Shown in pieces: positions 8,235-19,294 of a DNA stretch of 64,000 nucleotides; positions within the stretch are counted from its first letter, which is position 1; each line of letters begins with the position of its first letter. Source of the stretch: Savitreella phatthalungensis (Eukaryota); assembly GCA_051599415.1 (NCBI GenBank), contig AP039703.1, positions 1 to 64,000 on the forward strand, given 5' to 3'. The position numbers and the translations under genes were made by a program. A model generated the notes under the pieces. That model saw only the letters and a program-made list of their open reading frames with translations, searched no databases and was not told where the DNA came from.

Positions 8235-10259
8235 ATGAGCGCAATCCGCAGGCGTCCGCTGCGCAGGCTGAAATCAAATGAGCGATTCACTGGCGCGCGA
8301 CCTAGTGGCCTGAGAGGCTGTTGCACGCTTGACACCCGTCCGCAACATCCGTCGCCGCTTTCGAAAAGCGTTCTGAGACCTGGATTGCAGGTCATCCAGA
8401 TCCCGTGGCAACCGACCATATCCGACGATCTCTTCATGGCTCGGGCTACAACATCGGAAGCTGAGGTTGACCTGTCGTTGGAGGTCTCACTTTCTCCCAG
8501 CCCCGACAACCAGCGCTCTCCACATGATTCGGCTTACAGGACGGCCAGACTACCAGAAAACGCCACGGGAGCGTCGGTGGCGCCCGTCCAGCAGCTGCTC
8601 AACCGTGCTCACGATGACACATCATTCAACAGGGTCGAAACGACGCCAGATCGTGACGAAAACGACAGTAATGTCGACACGTCAGCGGAGCTATCATCCT
8701 CGCCCACTTCTCTCGGCAGTCCACCGCCTGCTCCGCTTAATGTCGACCCGTCAGCGGATCTATCGTCCTCGCTCACTTCTTCCAGCACTTCACCGCCTGC
8801 TCCGGACGAATTCGTCAATGTCGATACGTTGCTCCCGCTTTCACCGTCCCCCAGTGATGTCGTCACCTCGTTCTTCGAATGTGGTTGTGCTAGACATACC
8901 CGTTTCAAGAATCCTGTGCGTCAGTGGCTGGCTTTTCACGATGGGGAGCTGGACGGCGATGGTCTGCTGGAACTTGCGCATGCATTCTCTTGGCTGGCCA
9001 AGCACCTGCCGATGTCGCTTGACATGGCGCAAAAGGTGGCTCCTTGCAAGGCGAACCTTCGGACATCAGGCACTATGGTCGTCCGGCTGAGAGGGCTAGT
9101 CGTCGAGGGTGCCAGTGACAACGGCTCAGCAGGCCTAGTGCCAGCCTACTTAGACATTCTGCAGACTTCTGCGTTCTCATATTGGTTCGAAGCCATCGCC
9201 GAAGATCTTCAGACGGAGGAGGCGCTCACACAGCAAATGACGCTGCTTCTCACATCTGTCCTCCGTCGGCTCCGTCGTGCGGGCGTGCGCGCGGGCGTGC
9301 AAACGGGAGATACCATCTTCAAGAGCCCTATCACAGTGTTGTCTAATGTGCGAGTCGGATGGCCCTTCAGGAATGGGAGACCTTCATCTACCACAAATGG
9401 CGAGCTGGATCTTTGCATCAGTCGTGCCCATGGCACTCGTTCTAAGGATATTTTATTCATCGCTGAGCACAAGTTGATGGAGCGTTCTGCACACGAGATC
9501 ATGCCGCAGCTGATCACATACATGGCCATGCTCACCGAGGACCCGGCCGCCGATGAGTTCCGGCCGAGTGTCACCTTGAACGGCGTCGCGGGCTGCCGAG
9601 TCCTGCCGGCGATGCTGCAGACCGGAACGCATGCAAGTCTCGTCATCGCTTGGCGTGATCGCGGCCTCGAAGGCTCATCAGGATTCTCCGTCTATGTGGG
9701 AAGGAGATACGACTTACTTATTGACACCGAGCGGTCTGAGTTCCTGACGAGCCTCGGCGCCGTATTGCTCGGAACGGCGCAGCTGACAGGCGTCGGGTTG
9801 TCGCCCTCGTACGACGGACAAGAGTATCGCGAGGTCGCGGCGGCATCGACCATGGATCCTTGTAGCCTGCCAGCCTCATTCTTGGACAAAATATTCCTCG
9901 ATGACGCAGAGACGCAGCTGCTGTCGTCCTCGCCAGAGCCCGCAGACGATGAGGAGAAAGACCCAAGTGTGAGGCTTTCGGATCTCGATGACAGCGATGA
10001 TAGTAATGATGACGGTGACGAGAAGAAATCGAGCAGGAAGCGACGAGTCAATGATGACCATGAGACGAAGTACAAACGCAGACGACGAGTTCATGATGGG
10101 CGGGCGGAGATGCGCCGACAGGCGCGCGCGAAACGCCTCGAGGCTCAAGCCCGAGAGAGCTCGATAGGACTGATAAAGAAGGCGGCGCAGAATCGTCATC
10201 GATTGATGGAATGGCACGGCAGCGGAATAAAAAACAGATCTACACAGACTGTTCAATGA
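8235..10259 (+). CDS. Orphan protein with a putative PD-(D/E)xK nuclease-like domain, acidic tract and basic NLS-like C-terminus
   Basis: 674-aa ORF (the start may be a later Met, MARATT). Motif GELDLCIS...ILFIAEHK...MPQLITY, S/P-rich N-terminus, DDSDDSNDDGDE, and KKSSRKRR / KYKRRRR. Confidence 0.7.
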   Translation: MSAIRRRPLRRLKSNERFTGARPSGLRGCCTLDTRPQHPSPLSKSVLRPGLQVIQIPWQPTISDDLFMARATTSEAEVDLSLEVSLSPSPDNQRSPHDSAYRTARLPENATGASVAPVQQLLNRAHDDTSFNRVETTPDRDENDSNVDTSAELSSSPTSLGSPPPAPLNVDPSADLSSSLTSSSTSPPAPDEFVNVDTLLPLSPSPSDVVTSFFECGCARHTRFKNPVRQWLAFHDGELDGDGLLELAHAFSWLAKHLPMSLDMAQKVAPCKANLRTSGTMVVRLRGLVVEGASDNGSAGLVPAYLDILQTSAFSYWFEAIAEDLQTEEALTQQMTLLLTSVLRRLRRAGVRAGVQTGDTIFKSPITVLSNVRVGWPFRNGRPSSTTNGELDLCISRAHGTRSKDILFIAEHKLMERSAHEIMPQLITYMAMLTEDPAADEFRPSVTLNGVAGCRVLPAMLQTGTHASLVIAWRDRGLEGSSGFSVYVGRRYDLLIDTERSEFLTSLGAVLLGTAQLTGVGLSPSYDGQEYREVAAASTMDPCSLPASFLDKIFLDDAETQLLSSSPEPADDEEKDPSVRLSDLDDSDDSNDDGDEKKSSRKRRVNDDHETKYKRRRRVHDGRAEMRRQARAKRLEAQARESSIGLIKKAAQNRHRLMEWHGSGIKNRSTQTVQ

Positions 10260-11063
10260 CTGTATACGACTGTAGAGCGAAAGTGTAGCGGCCGACTCGG
10301 CCTACACCAATCCCACATCGAAAATCAGATGCAGATTTTCGACGCGCTCATACAGCCGTGTCGCGTATTCAATCTTCCGTGTTGACGACTGATCGTATCG
10401 GCCACGCTATATTTATGGTCTGAAATAACAGCGGCAAGCCGGACATGCCAGTCAGACGATGTAGCGCTCCGCCTGGAACGTCGAAGATAGCCGCATACGA
10501 TTGTTATGTCAATGCCAAAGTGAAGTCAACGGGGCTAGCATCCGAACAGACAAGATTCACGACGACGTTAATACGAATGACCAAGACTGTCAGGTCTTGC
10601 TGCTAGATGCTGCCATGATTGGCTGAACGTCCTTGAGGGGCTCTTACGCGCTTGCTATTCTTATTTGCTAAGTTCAGCAGGATCCAGGTGCGATCTCAAG
10701 CTAATCGCACAACGATGAGGCAAAGCCGAACGACTCATTCGGAAACTGGGGCTTCCTCAAAGAATCGAACAGCCCGGGCCTATGAGGTCTTGAGACGAGC
10801 AGAGTACACACACGCTGTACACATCGGTGGCTTGTCGATTGCTCTCCTTTCCAGGAGGATAACTAAGCAATTTTGACTGAACATGGGCAATTTCAGCCGA
10901 TAATGTTTCGAGCTCGGCTAGACTTGCAGTTTGAAGGTCGTACGGCTGACAAGTGCTTCTACGTCATAATCGGGGGAAACGATTTTTAAGTCCGAGCCCT
11001 GCGCGAAACGGTGAATGCCGCGCATAAGGGGTGCTCAAGTAGACCTATGACCGCGTAAGACAC

Positions 11064-14000
11064 ATGCCGAATTACAGTACAAAGACGACAACTCATCCGG
11101 GCTCGTCGAAAGAGGAGATTTCGCGGGAGAATGATAGTGGATCGCGCCACCGGTTTGGCAGTCGCAACGAGGAAGGCCGCCGGGCAGGATTTGCGGGATG
11201 GAACGATTACGACAGAGAGCACGACATCGATGAGGTCTACGAGGGACGTGAGGACTGGAAAGAGCTGGAGGACAGACGAGACAAGGCCAACGATCCTCTG
11301 ACGATACGCGATGTGATGGCCGAGCAGAAAGATTTCAACTTCGTGCACCCTTCGCTCCATGTCGCTTCTCGATTCGTGCTCAATGTGACAGAAGATGAAA
11401 TCAAAAACGATCGACGATGGCCGATCGTCCAGAAGAAAAAGGCTGAGGAGGAAGAGGAACGGCAAAGGACAAAAGGCGAGGAAAAAGACGGTCAGTCGGA
11501 AGGTGCGGCGTCTGACTCTGGCATTTCAACATCAAGCGAACCTCAAGATCACAATGACAAAAGCAAGAAGGATTCAGAAGACCAAGAATTTCTGCGGAAC
11601 CGCAAACGCGAGGGCGGCGATGAGCGCGCCCATCGGGCGCAGCCTAGTGCAGACAATGGAGAGCAAAAAGACGGCTTGTCGTCGACTGAACGCCATCTTT
11701 TACACCACCTGCAACAAGAATCGGAGCATATGGTCTCGCTTCAATCGAACGACGGTCAAGGCGTCTCACCCTTCTACGAACAGCCGTACCGCGAGATTTG
11801 CGTCGATGAAGCTGACCAAAATTCGCCAGATAACTGGATTCCTCGTAGCAAAGACCTCATGCGGATGACTGGTCAACACCCTCTCAACGGGGAGCCAGTG
11901 ATGGAAGAACTTTTTGGAGCCGGCTTAGTAACGCCGACGAGCCTGCACTATGTGCGTAATCATGGAGCCGTGCCAAGGCTGGACTTCGAAACCCACCAGG
12001 TCCATTTCTCATTGCACGATGGCTTAGAGCCCCTCGCGAAGGCGCGTCTCGGGGAGTGGACACAAGATGGACAGCACCTACGGATGCAAGACATCGTCTC
12101 ACTTCCAACTATCAATATTCCTGTGACGCTGGCCTGTGATGGAAATCGACGTAAGGAAATGAACATGATCAGGCGCTCAAAGGGCTTCGACTGGGGGCCC
12201 GGAGCTGTTTCGAACGTCTACTGGAAAGGTCCACTACTGAAAGACGTCCTCGAAGCGGCCGGCATAATCCCAAAACAAAGATCGAAAGCCGATCGTTTGT
12301 TTATTCACTTCGAAGGCGCTGACGAGCTTCAAGAGGGTCGCTACGCGACGAGTATTCCACTTGAGCACGCGCTGGATCCATGTAATGATGTCCTGCTCGC
12401 GCACGAGATGAATGATCGACCACTGTCTCCGGATCATGGGTACCCGATTCGTGTCATCATTCCAGGATTCGTCGGTGGACGATGCGTCAAGTGGCTACAG
12501 AAGATCTGGATCTCGACAAAACCGAATGATTCGCACTTCCACGTCTGGGACAATCGTGTGCTTCCGGAGTTCGTGACGGAGAAGGATGGACCGTTTGCAG
12601 AGGCAATGTTTCGTCATCCAGACACAGCGTGCATGGAGCAGAACTTGAATTCTATCGTAGTGCACCCGAGGCAGGATGAAGAGCTTGTTGTTGAGGGCGA
12701 TGCGTTCGCTCCCGCAAAGACTTACCGAATCGAAGGCTACGCGTATGACGGCGGTGGCCACATGGTGCAGAAAGTAGAGGTCTCGCTCGATGGTGGCAAG
12801 TCGTGGCTGTATGCTTTCCGGAGGTTCCCTGAGAGGGCGCTCAGACATGGCTGGAAATTCTGGACGTGGTGCCACTGGTATTGTGATGTCCAGATCGCAT
12901 CGATGCTTGGAGCATCAGAGATCTGCGTGCGCGCCTGGAATGTCTTCAAAAACACACAACCGGACGACATTACGCCGAATCTGATGGGCATGATGAACAA
13001 TGCCATTTACAGGGTTCGGCCGCGGATCGAGCAGGCACATGGAAAGACGATATTGACCTTCGATCATCCTGTTTCGTCGAACAGCGACCGCGGCTGGATG
13101 AAGCCGAGCGTGACAGATCGAATCAAGGCTGTAGAACAGAAGGCTTCCTCTCCAAGCAAGAGCTTTACTCGCGAAGAGATTGAGAAGCACAATTCTGACG
13201 AGGACTGCTGGATCGTCGTCAACGACAAGGTGTACGATGCCACAACCGTGCTCGAGTGGCATCCTGGCGGCGCACACGCCATTCTTGGCGTTGCCGGCAA
13301 GTGTGACTACTCGACGTCAGAACAGTACAACTCGATCCACGATGATTATGCAAACCATAAGCTACAGGAAGTTTGTATTGGCTCGGTGACGGACAAGGCT
13401 CGACAGGCAATGAAAGCCCAGCAAGAGCGCCGAGCAAAAGAGGCCTCGCAGGAGGACGATCCCACCCTCGGCCTGCGGAAACATCGCTGGACTCCTGTGA
13501 CGTTGACGGACAGGGTAGAGTTATCCGACAGCAGCGTCAAGTACACTTTCAGCTTCCCTGAAAAAAGGCAGAGACTCGGCCTGCCGCCTGGCAAGCATGT
13601 CTTGCTCGGCTTTCATCTCAGGGATAAGATGGTCTTCCGAAGCTACACGCCTACTCGACCGATCATGCCCGAGGAAGAGGATGGTACCTTTGATCTCGTG
13701 ATCAAGACCTACTTTCCAAGCGAGCGCGATGCTGGCGGCACGCTCAGCAACGTCCTCGACTGCCTGAAGATCGGGGAAAAGTGCGACGTTCGCGGCCCGA
13801 CTGGCGAGATCGCCTATAAGGGCGATGGTGTCTTTGATGTTGAGGGAACGGAGCGCCGGTTCGATACCGTCAACCTGGTAGCAGGCGGCACGGGCGTCAC
13901 CCCACACTACCAGCTCGTCTGTCGTATTCTCAAGTCACGAAATGACGAGACGAAGATCAACATGCTGTATGCGAATCGATCAGAGGATGGCATCCTCTTG

Positions 14001-14246
14001 CGAGAGGAACTCGAGGAGCTTGCCGAGAAGCACGAGCAATTCACCCTAACGCATGTGCTTTCAAAACCCGGGAAGAAATGGCAAGGAGAGACAGGTCATG
14101 CAGGGCCAGAACAATTCAACAAGTACTTTGCGAAGGACGACAGCTCAGCCTGCTTCCTATGTGGGCCGCCGCCTTTGGTCAAGTCAGCACACGAATCTCT
14201 GGTAAAGATGGGGTTCGAAGACGAGCGCTCCCTTTTTGCCTTTTAG
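11064..14246 (+). CDS. Nitrate reductase-like molybdoflavohemoprotein (Moco, dimerisation, cytochrome b5, FAD/NAD(P)H domains)
   Basis: LHYVRNHGAVP, TLACDGNRRKE, PDHGYPIRVIIPG, cytochrome b5 WHPGG...SIHD, RSYTP, AGGTGVTP, FLCGPP. Confidence 0.93.
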   Translation: MPNYSTKTTTHPGSSKEEISRENDSGSRHRFGSRNEEGRRAGFAGWNDYDREHDIDEVYEGREDWKELEDRRDKANDPLTIRDVMAEQKDFNFVHPSLHVASRFVLNVTEDEIKNDRRWPIVQKKKAEEEEERQRTKGEEKDGQSEGAASDSGISTSSEPQDHNDKSKKDSEDQEFLRNRKREGGDERAHRAQPSADNGEQKDGLSSTERHLLHHLQQESEHMVSLQSNDGQGVSPFYEQPYREICVDEADQNSPDNWIPRSKDLMRMTGQHPLNGEPVMEELFGAGLVTPTSLHYVRNHGAVPRLDFETHQVHFSLHDGLEPLAKARLGEWTQDGQHLRMQDIVSLPTINIPVTLACDGNRRKEMNMIRRSKGFDWGPGAVSNVYWKGPLLKDVLEAAGIIPKQRSKADRLFIHFEGADELQEGRYATSIPLEHALDPCNDVLLAHEMNDRPLSPDHGYPIRVIIPGFVGGRCVKWLQKIWISTKPNDSHFHVWDNRVLPEFVTEKDGPFAEAMFRHPDTACMEQNLNSIVVHPRQDEELVVEGDAFAPAKTYRIEGYAYDGGGHMVQKVEVSLDGGKSWLYAFRRFPERALRHGWKFWTWCHWYCDVQIASMLGASEICVRAWNVFKNTQPDDITPNLMGMMNNAIYRVRPRIEQAHGKTILTFDHPVSSNSDRGWMKPSVTDRIKAVEQKASSPSKSFTREEIEKHNSDEDCWIVVNDKVYDATTVLEWHPGGAHAILGVAGKCDYSTSEQYNSIHDDYANHKLQEVCIGSVTDKARQAMKAQQERRAKEASQEDDPTLGLRKHRWTPVTLTDRVELSDSSVKYTFSFPEKRQRLGLPPGKHVLLGFHLRDKMVFRSYTPTRPIMPEEEDGTFDLVIKTYFPSERDAGGTLSNVLDCLKIGEKCDVRGPTGEIAYKGDGVFDVEGTERRFDTVNLVAGGTGVTPHYQLVCRILKSRNDETKINMLYANRSEDGILLREELEELAEKHEQFTLTHVLSKPGKKWQGETGHAGPEQFNKYFAKDDSSACFLCGPPPLVKSAHESLVKMGFEDERSLFAF

Positions 14247-14391
14247 AGCAATGTGAATTCCGCAGCGAATTCCGGGCGAGACCGGTCTGCAGCGAAATTC
14301 CAGATGTCAAAGAGCGATATATCAACCGGATCATACTCAAATCAATAGGTTAAATATCCGTGATGCGCAATGCGTGGGATGGCGAGCGGAC

Positions 14392-15828
14392 ATGGGTAAG
14401 CAGACCTTGACCGTCACTGACAACCGCACCGGTAAGACGATCGAGGTGCCGATCAAGAATAATTCGGTACCCGCAACCGCTTTCAAGCAGCTCCGCTGTG
14501 AGGGCCTTCCGCGAGAAGAAGACCCCGATAATGGTTTGCGTATTTTCGACGCAGGATTTCTCAATACTGCTGTGACGCAGTCAAAGATCACCTTCATTGA
14601 TCCCAAAGGGGTCTTGCGCTACCGAGGCTATGCGATCGAGGATCTTGCAGAGAAGAGCACATTTCTCGACACTGCGTATCTCCTCATTTATGGCGAATTG
14701 CCAGATCAGGAGCAGTCTTCCACCTTTTCGAATGAAGTCATGCAGCACACATTCGTTGCGGAAGATCTGAGCACCCTGATCAAGAGCTTCAGGTACGATG
14801 CACATCCGATGAGCATCCTCGTGAGCGGCTGGGGCGCTATGGCGGCCTATGCACCAGATGCAAATCCTGCGCTGCGCGGACAAAACATCTATAAATCCGA
14901 CAAGGCGCTCATGAATAAACAGATCATCCGCATCCTCGGGAAAGCAACGACGCTCGCCGCAATGGCCTATCGATTGCGCATTGGCCGCCCATTCGTCCAA
15001 CCGCGGCGCGATCTCGGATATGTGGAGAATTTCCTGTTCATGCTCGACAGCCACGGCGAAGTCGGCGAGCACTGGCGTCCGGATCCGCGCATCGTAAAGG
15101 TGCTCGAGGTACTATTCATCCTGCATGCCGATCACGAACTCAACTGCTCGACCGCGTCCGCTATGCAGGTCGGATCCAGCCTCGTCGACCCTTACAGCGC
15201 CATTGCCGCAGCGACTGCTGCGCTATACGGGCCGCTGCACGGCGGCGCCAATCAGGCTGCCATTGAGATGTTGCAGGAAATTGGTTCCGTCGATAATGTC
15301 CGCAACTACCTTGCCGAATCAAAGGCAAAAAAGCGCAATATCGCTGGCATTGGCCACAGACTCTATCGAGCCTACGACCCGCGTGCTAAGATGGTGCGCG
15401 CGGCCGTCGATACAGTCTTCGAGATCATGTCTGAGCGCGGCGATCGGGACCCTTTGTTCGACGTAGCAATGGCTTTGGAGAAGGCCATCCTCGAGGACGA
15501 TTATTTTGTCAAGCGCAATCTGCTACCGAACGTTGACATGTACACCGGAATAATCTATAAGGCTCTTGGCCTGCCGGTGGACTACTTCACGGTTCTGTTC
15601 GCTACCCCACGATGTGTTGGCTGGCTTGCCCATTGGAAGCAGCTAATTGACACTCCTGGAACCAAGATTTGGCGACCCAGACAATTGTATGTCGGATCCG
15701 GACCTCGCAAATTCGTGCCCCTTGAGCAACGTCCCCGTCGTGCTGTGCACGATGATAGGGAAGGTCTGAAAGCCGGTTCGTTACCACACTACTACTCCCG
15801 CCGCAAGCTCGTCTCGGCAAAGTTGTAG
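14392..15828 (+). CDS. Citrate synthase, bacterial/plant-peroxisomal type, PTS1 (-AKL)
   Basis: GVLRYRGY, DAHPM, HADHELNCST, GPLHGGAN, GIGHRLY, PNVDMY, KIWRPRQLYVG. ATG at 14392. Confidence 0.95.
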   Translation: MGKQTLTVTDNRTGKTIEVPIKNNSVPATAFKQLRCEGLPREEDPDNGLRIFDAGFLNTAVTQSKITFIDPKGVLRYRGYAIEDLAEKSTFLDTAYLLIYGELPDQEQSSTFSNEVMQHTFVAEDLSTLIKSFRYDAHPMSILVSGWGAMAAYAPDANPALRGQNIYKSDKALMNKQIIRILGKATTLAAMAYRLRIGRPFVQPRRDLGYVENFLFMLDSHGEVGEHWRPDPRIVKVLEVLFILHADHELNCSTASAMQVGSSLVDPYSAIAAATAALYGPLHGGANQAAIEMLQEIGSVDNVRNYLAESKAKKRNIAGIGHRLYRAYDPRAKMVRAAVDTVFEIMSERGDRDPLFDVAMALEKAILEDDYFVKRNLLPNVDMYTGIIYKALGLPVDYFTVLFATPRCVGWLAHWKQLIDTPGTKIWRPRQLYVGSGPRKFVPLEQRPRRAVHDDREGLKAGSLPHYYSRRKLVSAKL

Positions 15829-15959
15829 ATCTGAAAATTTGAATTGATTCGGCACAGCCCGTTCGCAGAGTGGGGTAATACCGATGAGAGACCCATGTGG
15901 GGTGCGATAAAAACACGTATTGTGCGATTCGGTCCGTTCCATTCTAGAGATAGATCGTC

Positions 15960-16979
15960 ATGAAGGGCATTCAACTCAAGGAATACGTCAAGTCGCCGGC
16001 CGATCTGAAGGTCACAACGGACCTTCCAGAGCCCAAGGCCGGACCAGATGACCTGTTGATCGAGATTCATGCCGCCGGCACGAATTTCTTCGACATCCTG
16101 CAGGTCCAAGGAAAGTACCAGACACAGCCTCCTTTCCCGTGGATTGCTGGCGCTGAGTATGCCGGCGTTGTTCTGCAAGCACCAAGCGACTCGCAATTCA
16201 AGGCTGGAGACAAGGTTTTCGGCGGTGCTCAGGGTGCATATGCCGAGCGTATCGCTGTGCCCGATGTTCCGGGCACCGTTCTGCCCATTCCTGAGGGATG
16301 GACCTTCGCCGGCGCCTGCGGACTCTTCATCACTGCGCCCACTGCGTATCTTGCGCTCGTCGGCCGTGGTAAAGTCCAGGCTGGGGAAATCGTTCTAGTG
16401 CACGCTGCTGCCGGAGGGGTCGGCCTTGCGGCCGTGCAGATCGCCAAAGCCCTTGGAGCGACCGTCATCGCCACAGCGGGCACGCAGGAGAAGCTAGAAA
16501 TCGCAAAGCGCTTTGGTGCGGATCATGTGATCAATTATCGAGACAAAGACTGGATCGATCAGGTCAAGACGCTCACGGCCGACAACGGCCCGAATGGTGG
16601 ATGCGATGTTATATATGATCCCGTTGGCATGGTCGACCAATCGCTGAAGGTCGTCGCCTGGAACGGTCGTATCCTGATCATTGGCTTTGCTGGCGGCAAG
16701 ATTGAGAAAGTCGCCATGAACAAGGCCTTACTCAAGCAGTGCTCGATCGTCGGCGTCTTCTGGGGTGGTAACGCGATGCGGATGCCACACGAGGTTCCTG
16801 GGGTGTGGGATGGTCTCCTTGAGATGATGCGCAAGAAGCAAATCAAGCCGACGATCTTCAACAAGGTCTATAACGGCGTCGAATCCACAGCCGAGGCTCT
16901 GATGGCTCTTGGTTCTCGTGGCACCTGGGGGAAAGTCGTAGTCGATATCAAGGGTACATCTGCAAAAGCGCAGCTTTAG
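15960..16979 (+). CDS. NADPH:quinone oxidoreductase (MDR/zeta-crystallin family), possible PTS1 (-AQL)
   Basis: GTNFFDILQVQGKYQ, VLVHAAAGGVGLAAVQ, WGKVVV. Confidence 0.92.
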   Translation: MKGIQLKEYVKSPADLKVTTDLPEPKAGPDDLLIEIHAAGTNFFDILQVQGKYQTQPPFPWIAGAEYAGVVLQAPSDSQFKAGDKVFGGAQGAYAERIAVPDVPGTVLPIPEGWTFAGACGLFITAPTAYLALVGRGKVQAGEIVLVHAAAGGVGLAAVQIAKALGATVIATAGTQEKLEIAKRFGADHVINYRDKDWIDQVKTLTADNGPNGGCDVIYDPVGMVDQSLKVVAWNGRILIIGFAGGKIEKVAMNKALLKQCSIVGVFWGGNAMRMPHEVPGVWDGLLEMMRKKQIKPTIFNKVYNGVESTAEALMALGSRGTWGKVVVDIKGTSAKAQL

Positions 16980-17205
16980 GTCATGGCAATCAGCCGTTAA
17001 ATGGTATACAGAAGCAAAGCTTGCGTGACCGGCGTTCTTGGTTGAGCGGGCCTGCCGTATAAGTTCCGAGAGGCGCAGTCACGGCAGGATCCTCTTTGAC
17101 AGGACTCGTGTGACCGCTGTGCATGACATCATCTGTGCTCCACAGTATCCATAGCGCTGACAGCAGCAGTCGGTATTGGCGGCGACGTTGGTCTCGTACT
17201 TCCGC

Positions 17206-17976
17206 CATGGACGACCGTGGGCTTTGATTCCCATGTCTCGAATCTGGCCGATGTAAGTGCGGCACCGGGAGGCTTGAAAGCACGGTTTCGTGTGGTTCTG
17301 AAGACGATTGTTCCCCTGATGGCCGCGCGGATCGATTCGGCGTTGTCTCTTGGGCACTCAGCGCAGATTCGTCGTCGAGGATGTCAGTGTATTGTGTCGC
17401 CTGCGACTCACTCCGCTTAGCAATAGTCGGTCGCAATGATTCTTGTATCGCGATCGACGTAGAGTCAATGAGACACCATTCCGGCACGCCTGTGACACCA
17501 ATACGCCGTCGCCAGGTCAGCGTGTCTGACGGTAGCCCTTTGGACGGGCGAAATTCGAAGATGCCACTGCCTTCGCTCGAGAGCACATCCATCTCAAGTC
17601 CTCGATCTTGAGAGGCTATCTTTCCGCCGCAAGCACCATTTCGCTTGCGCTTAAGTGAATAATCCCGGGATATAGACTCTCGAGGCCGACGCTTCGTCGG
17701 CGCACACCCTGCTGGCAGGAATTCGCACAGCCTTGCATCGTCCTGCTCAAGTTCAATGACTCTGGTCGCAGAGAGCCTATGGAGCTCGAGGTTGAGGACC
17801 GGCCGAATTCGTATCGATCCGCGTTCACCGTCGTCAGGCTTGACCATCCGCTGGCACTGCACGACACGCATCTCATCATGCAAGACAGTCTTTGGCGGAT
17901 GCACGAAGATGAAGACCTCCCCCTGAATATCCATGACGAACTTTACCGGAGTTCTGGATTGTTGGGTGCAGCCTAA
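17206..17976 (+). CDS. Possible multi-exon hypothetical protein (exon structure unresolved)
   Basis: Protein-like open segments on + (GRAKFEDATAFAREHIHLK...; ...CIVLLKFNDSGRREPMELEVED...GAA*) separated by short GT..AG candidates. The - strand 314-aa ORF is an alternative. Confidence 0.3.
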
Positions 17977-18210
17977 GATGTTTTTACATGCCAGTACACA
18001 AGGGCGTCATTGTATGATCTTCGCTAAAAGGCCTCTCTAGTGGCTGAGCGCGCTCGCAGATTTGAGTGGAGATCAACGCGTTACATTTTCGAAGCGCAAG
18101 AGCGCTGTCACCAGGAGAAGCAATTGACGTCCCTAGAGCTTGGAGTCGGGAATTCAGTCGGGCGACCTTCTCAGTCTTCAAGACCGTGGCAAGCATATCT
18201 GAAGGCTACT

Positions 18211-18729
18211 ATGCCGGGCATATCGGAGCAGGACGTCCTGAATCATGCGCACGTTCAAAGCCTGCACGCCTTGCAATCAGAAATATCGACCTTACGTACG
18301 GACTTGCCCGCCATCTTAAAGCCTCTATTATCCTCCCGTCTGGACGGTAAAGCGACAGGTGCGGGCACATCTCAGGCCGATTTTCGTGAGCGCGCTGTCA
18401 AGCTGCAAAGTGACGTGCGAAGCCTCATCAAGCATTTGGAGGAGATCTGCGACACGCTGGAAGCCACTGAGCAGCTTCGCCAACAAGATGAATCTGGTCT
18501 TGTGCGTGCGAATGTGACGCGGGAGGAGCCGGCGGGAATAAGGACTACCGAGCTTGCGACGGAATCCAATCGACCCGGCTCGCCAGTCCACGGGAATGTT
18601 GCAGACAATGTTACAGTGGGACCACTCGTCAGCTCTACAGATGATGACCTCTTCGGGGATGCATTGATGCAGGACGGCGCGGTCGAGGACTTTGATTGGT
18701 CTGCTTTCGGGCAGGAAAGCAATTCGTGA
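18211..18729 (+). CDS. Hypothetical helical protein with acidic C-terminus
   Basis: ATG at 18211. Coiled-coil-like N-half and acidic DDDLFGD...FDW tail. Confidence 0.6.
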   Translation: MPGISEQDVLNHAHVQSLHALQSEISTLRTDLPAILKPLLSSRLDGKATGAGTSQADFRERAVKLQSDVRSLIKHLEEICDTLEATEQLRQQDESGLVRANVTREEPAGIRTTELATESNRPGSPVHGNVADNVTVGPLVSSTDDDLFGDALMQDGAVEDFDWSAFGQESNS

Positions 18730-18769
18730 GTATAGAGTACGTAGATGTCGCCATGATAATGATATACGA

Positions 18770-19279
18770 ATGACAACGATGGCAGATCTGACAATCCAGG
18801 ACACTGCGACACGACTGCTGCGCGAGATTGATTGGCTCTTTGAGCCAAGCCGAGACTTGCGCATACTTTTGACGCGGGACGAGGCTGCCTTTGTGGTCGA
18901 AGCGCCAGATGGACATGCGACACAAGACCTGATTACCTATGTTGGCAATGTTCTGCGGCGACAGCTTGGCAAGCCTGAGCTGGATCGCATCCTCAATTCA
19001 CATCCGCGACTCGGTGAAAAGCATGTCGAGTCTGAAGCCAGTCAACGAGAACAAGCCAAGTTGCGCGACAGTGCTACACAACTTCAGCAGCTCAACCAGG
19101 AGTACGAAGCACGATTTCCTGGATTGCGTTACGTCGTCTTCGTGGCAGGACGGCCTCGAACATCAATTCTGCAGGATATGCGCGCGCGTATCGAGGAGGG
19201 AGATATCAATAGGGAACGGGAAAGGGCTATATGTGCAATGTGTGACATTGCACGAGACAGACTCAAGCAGAGAGGCTAA
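18770..19279 (+). CDS. OHCU decarboxylase (urate degradation)
   Basis: LFEPS, LNSHPRLG, SQREQA, LNQEYEARFPGLRYVVFVAGR, IARDRL. Confidence 0.88.
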   Translation: MTTMADLTIQDTATRLLREIDWLFEPSRDLRILLTRDEAAFVVEAPDGHATQDLITYVGNVLRRQLGKPELDRILNSHPRLGEKHVESEASQREQAKLRDSATQLQQLNQEYEARFPGLRYVVFVAGRPRTSILQDMRARIEEGDINRERERAICAMCDIARDRLKQRG

Positions 19280-19294
19280 GGTCTATGCATATAA

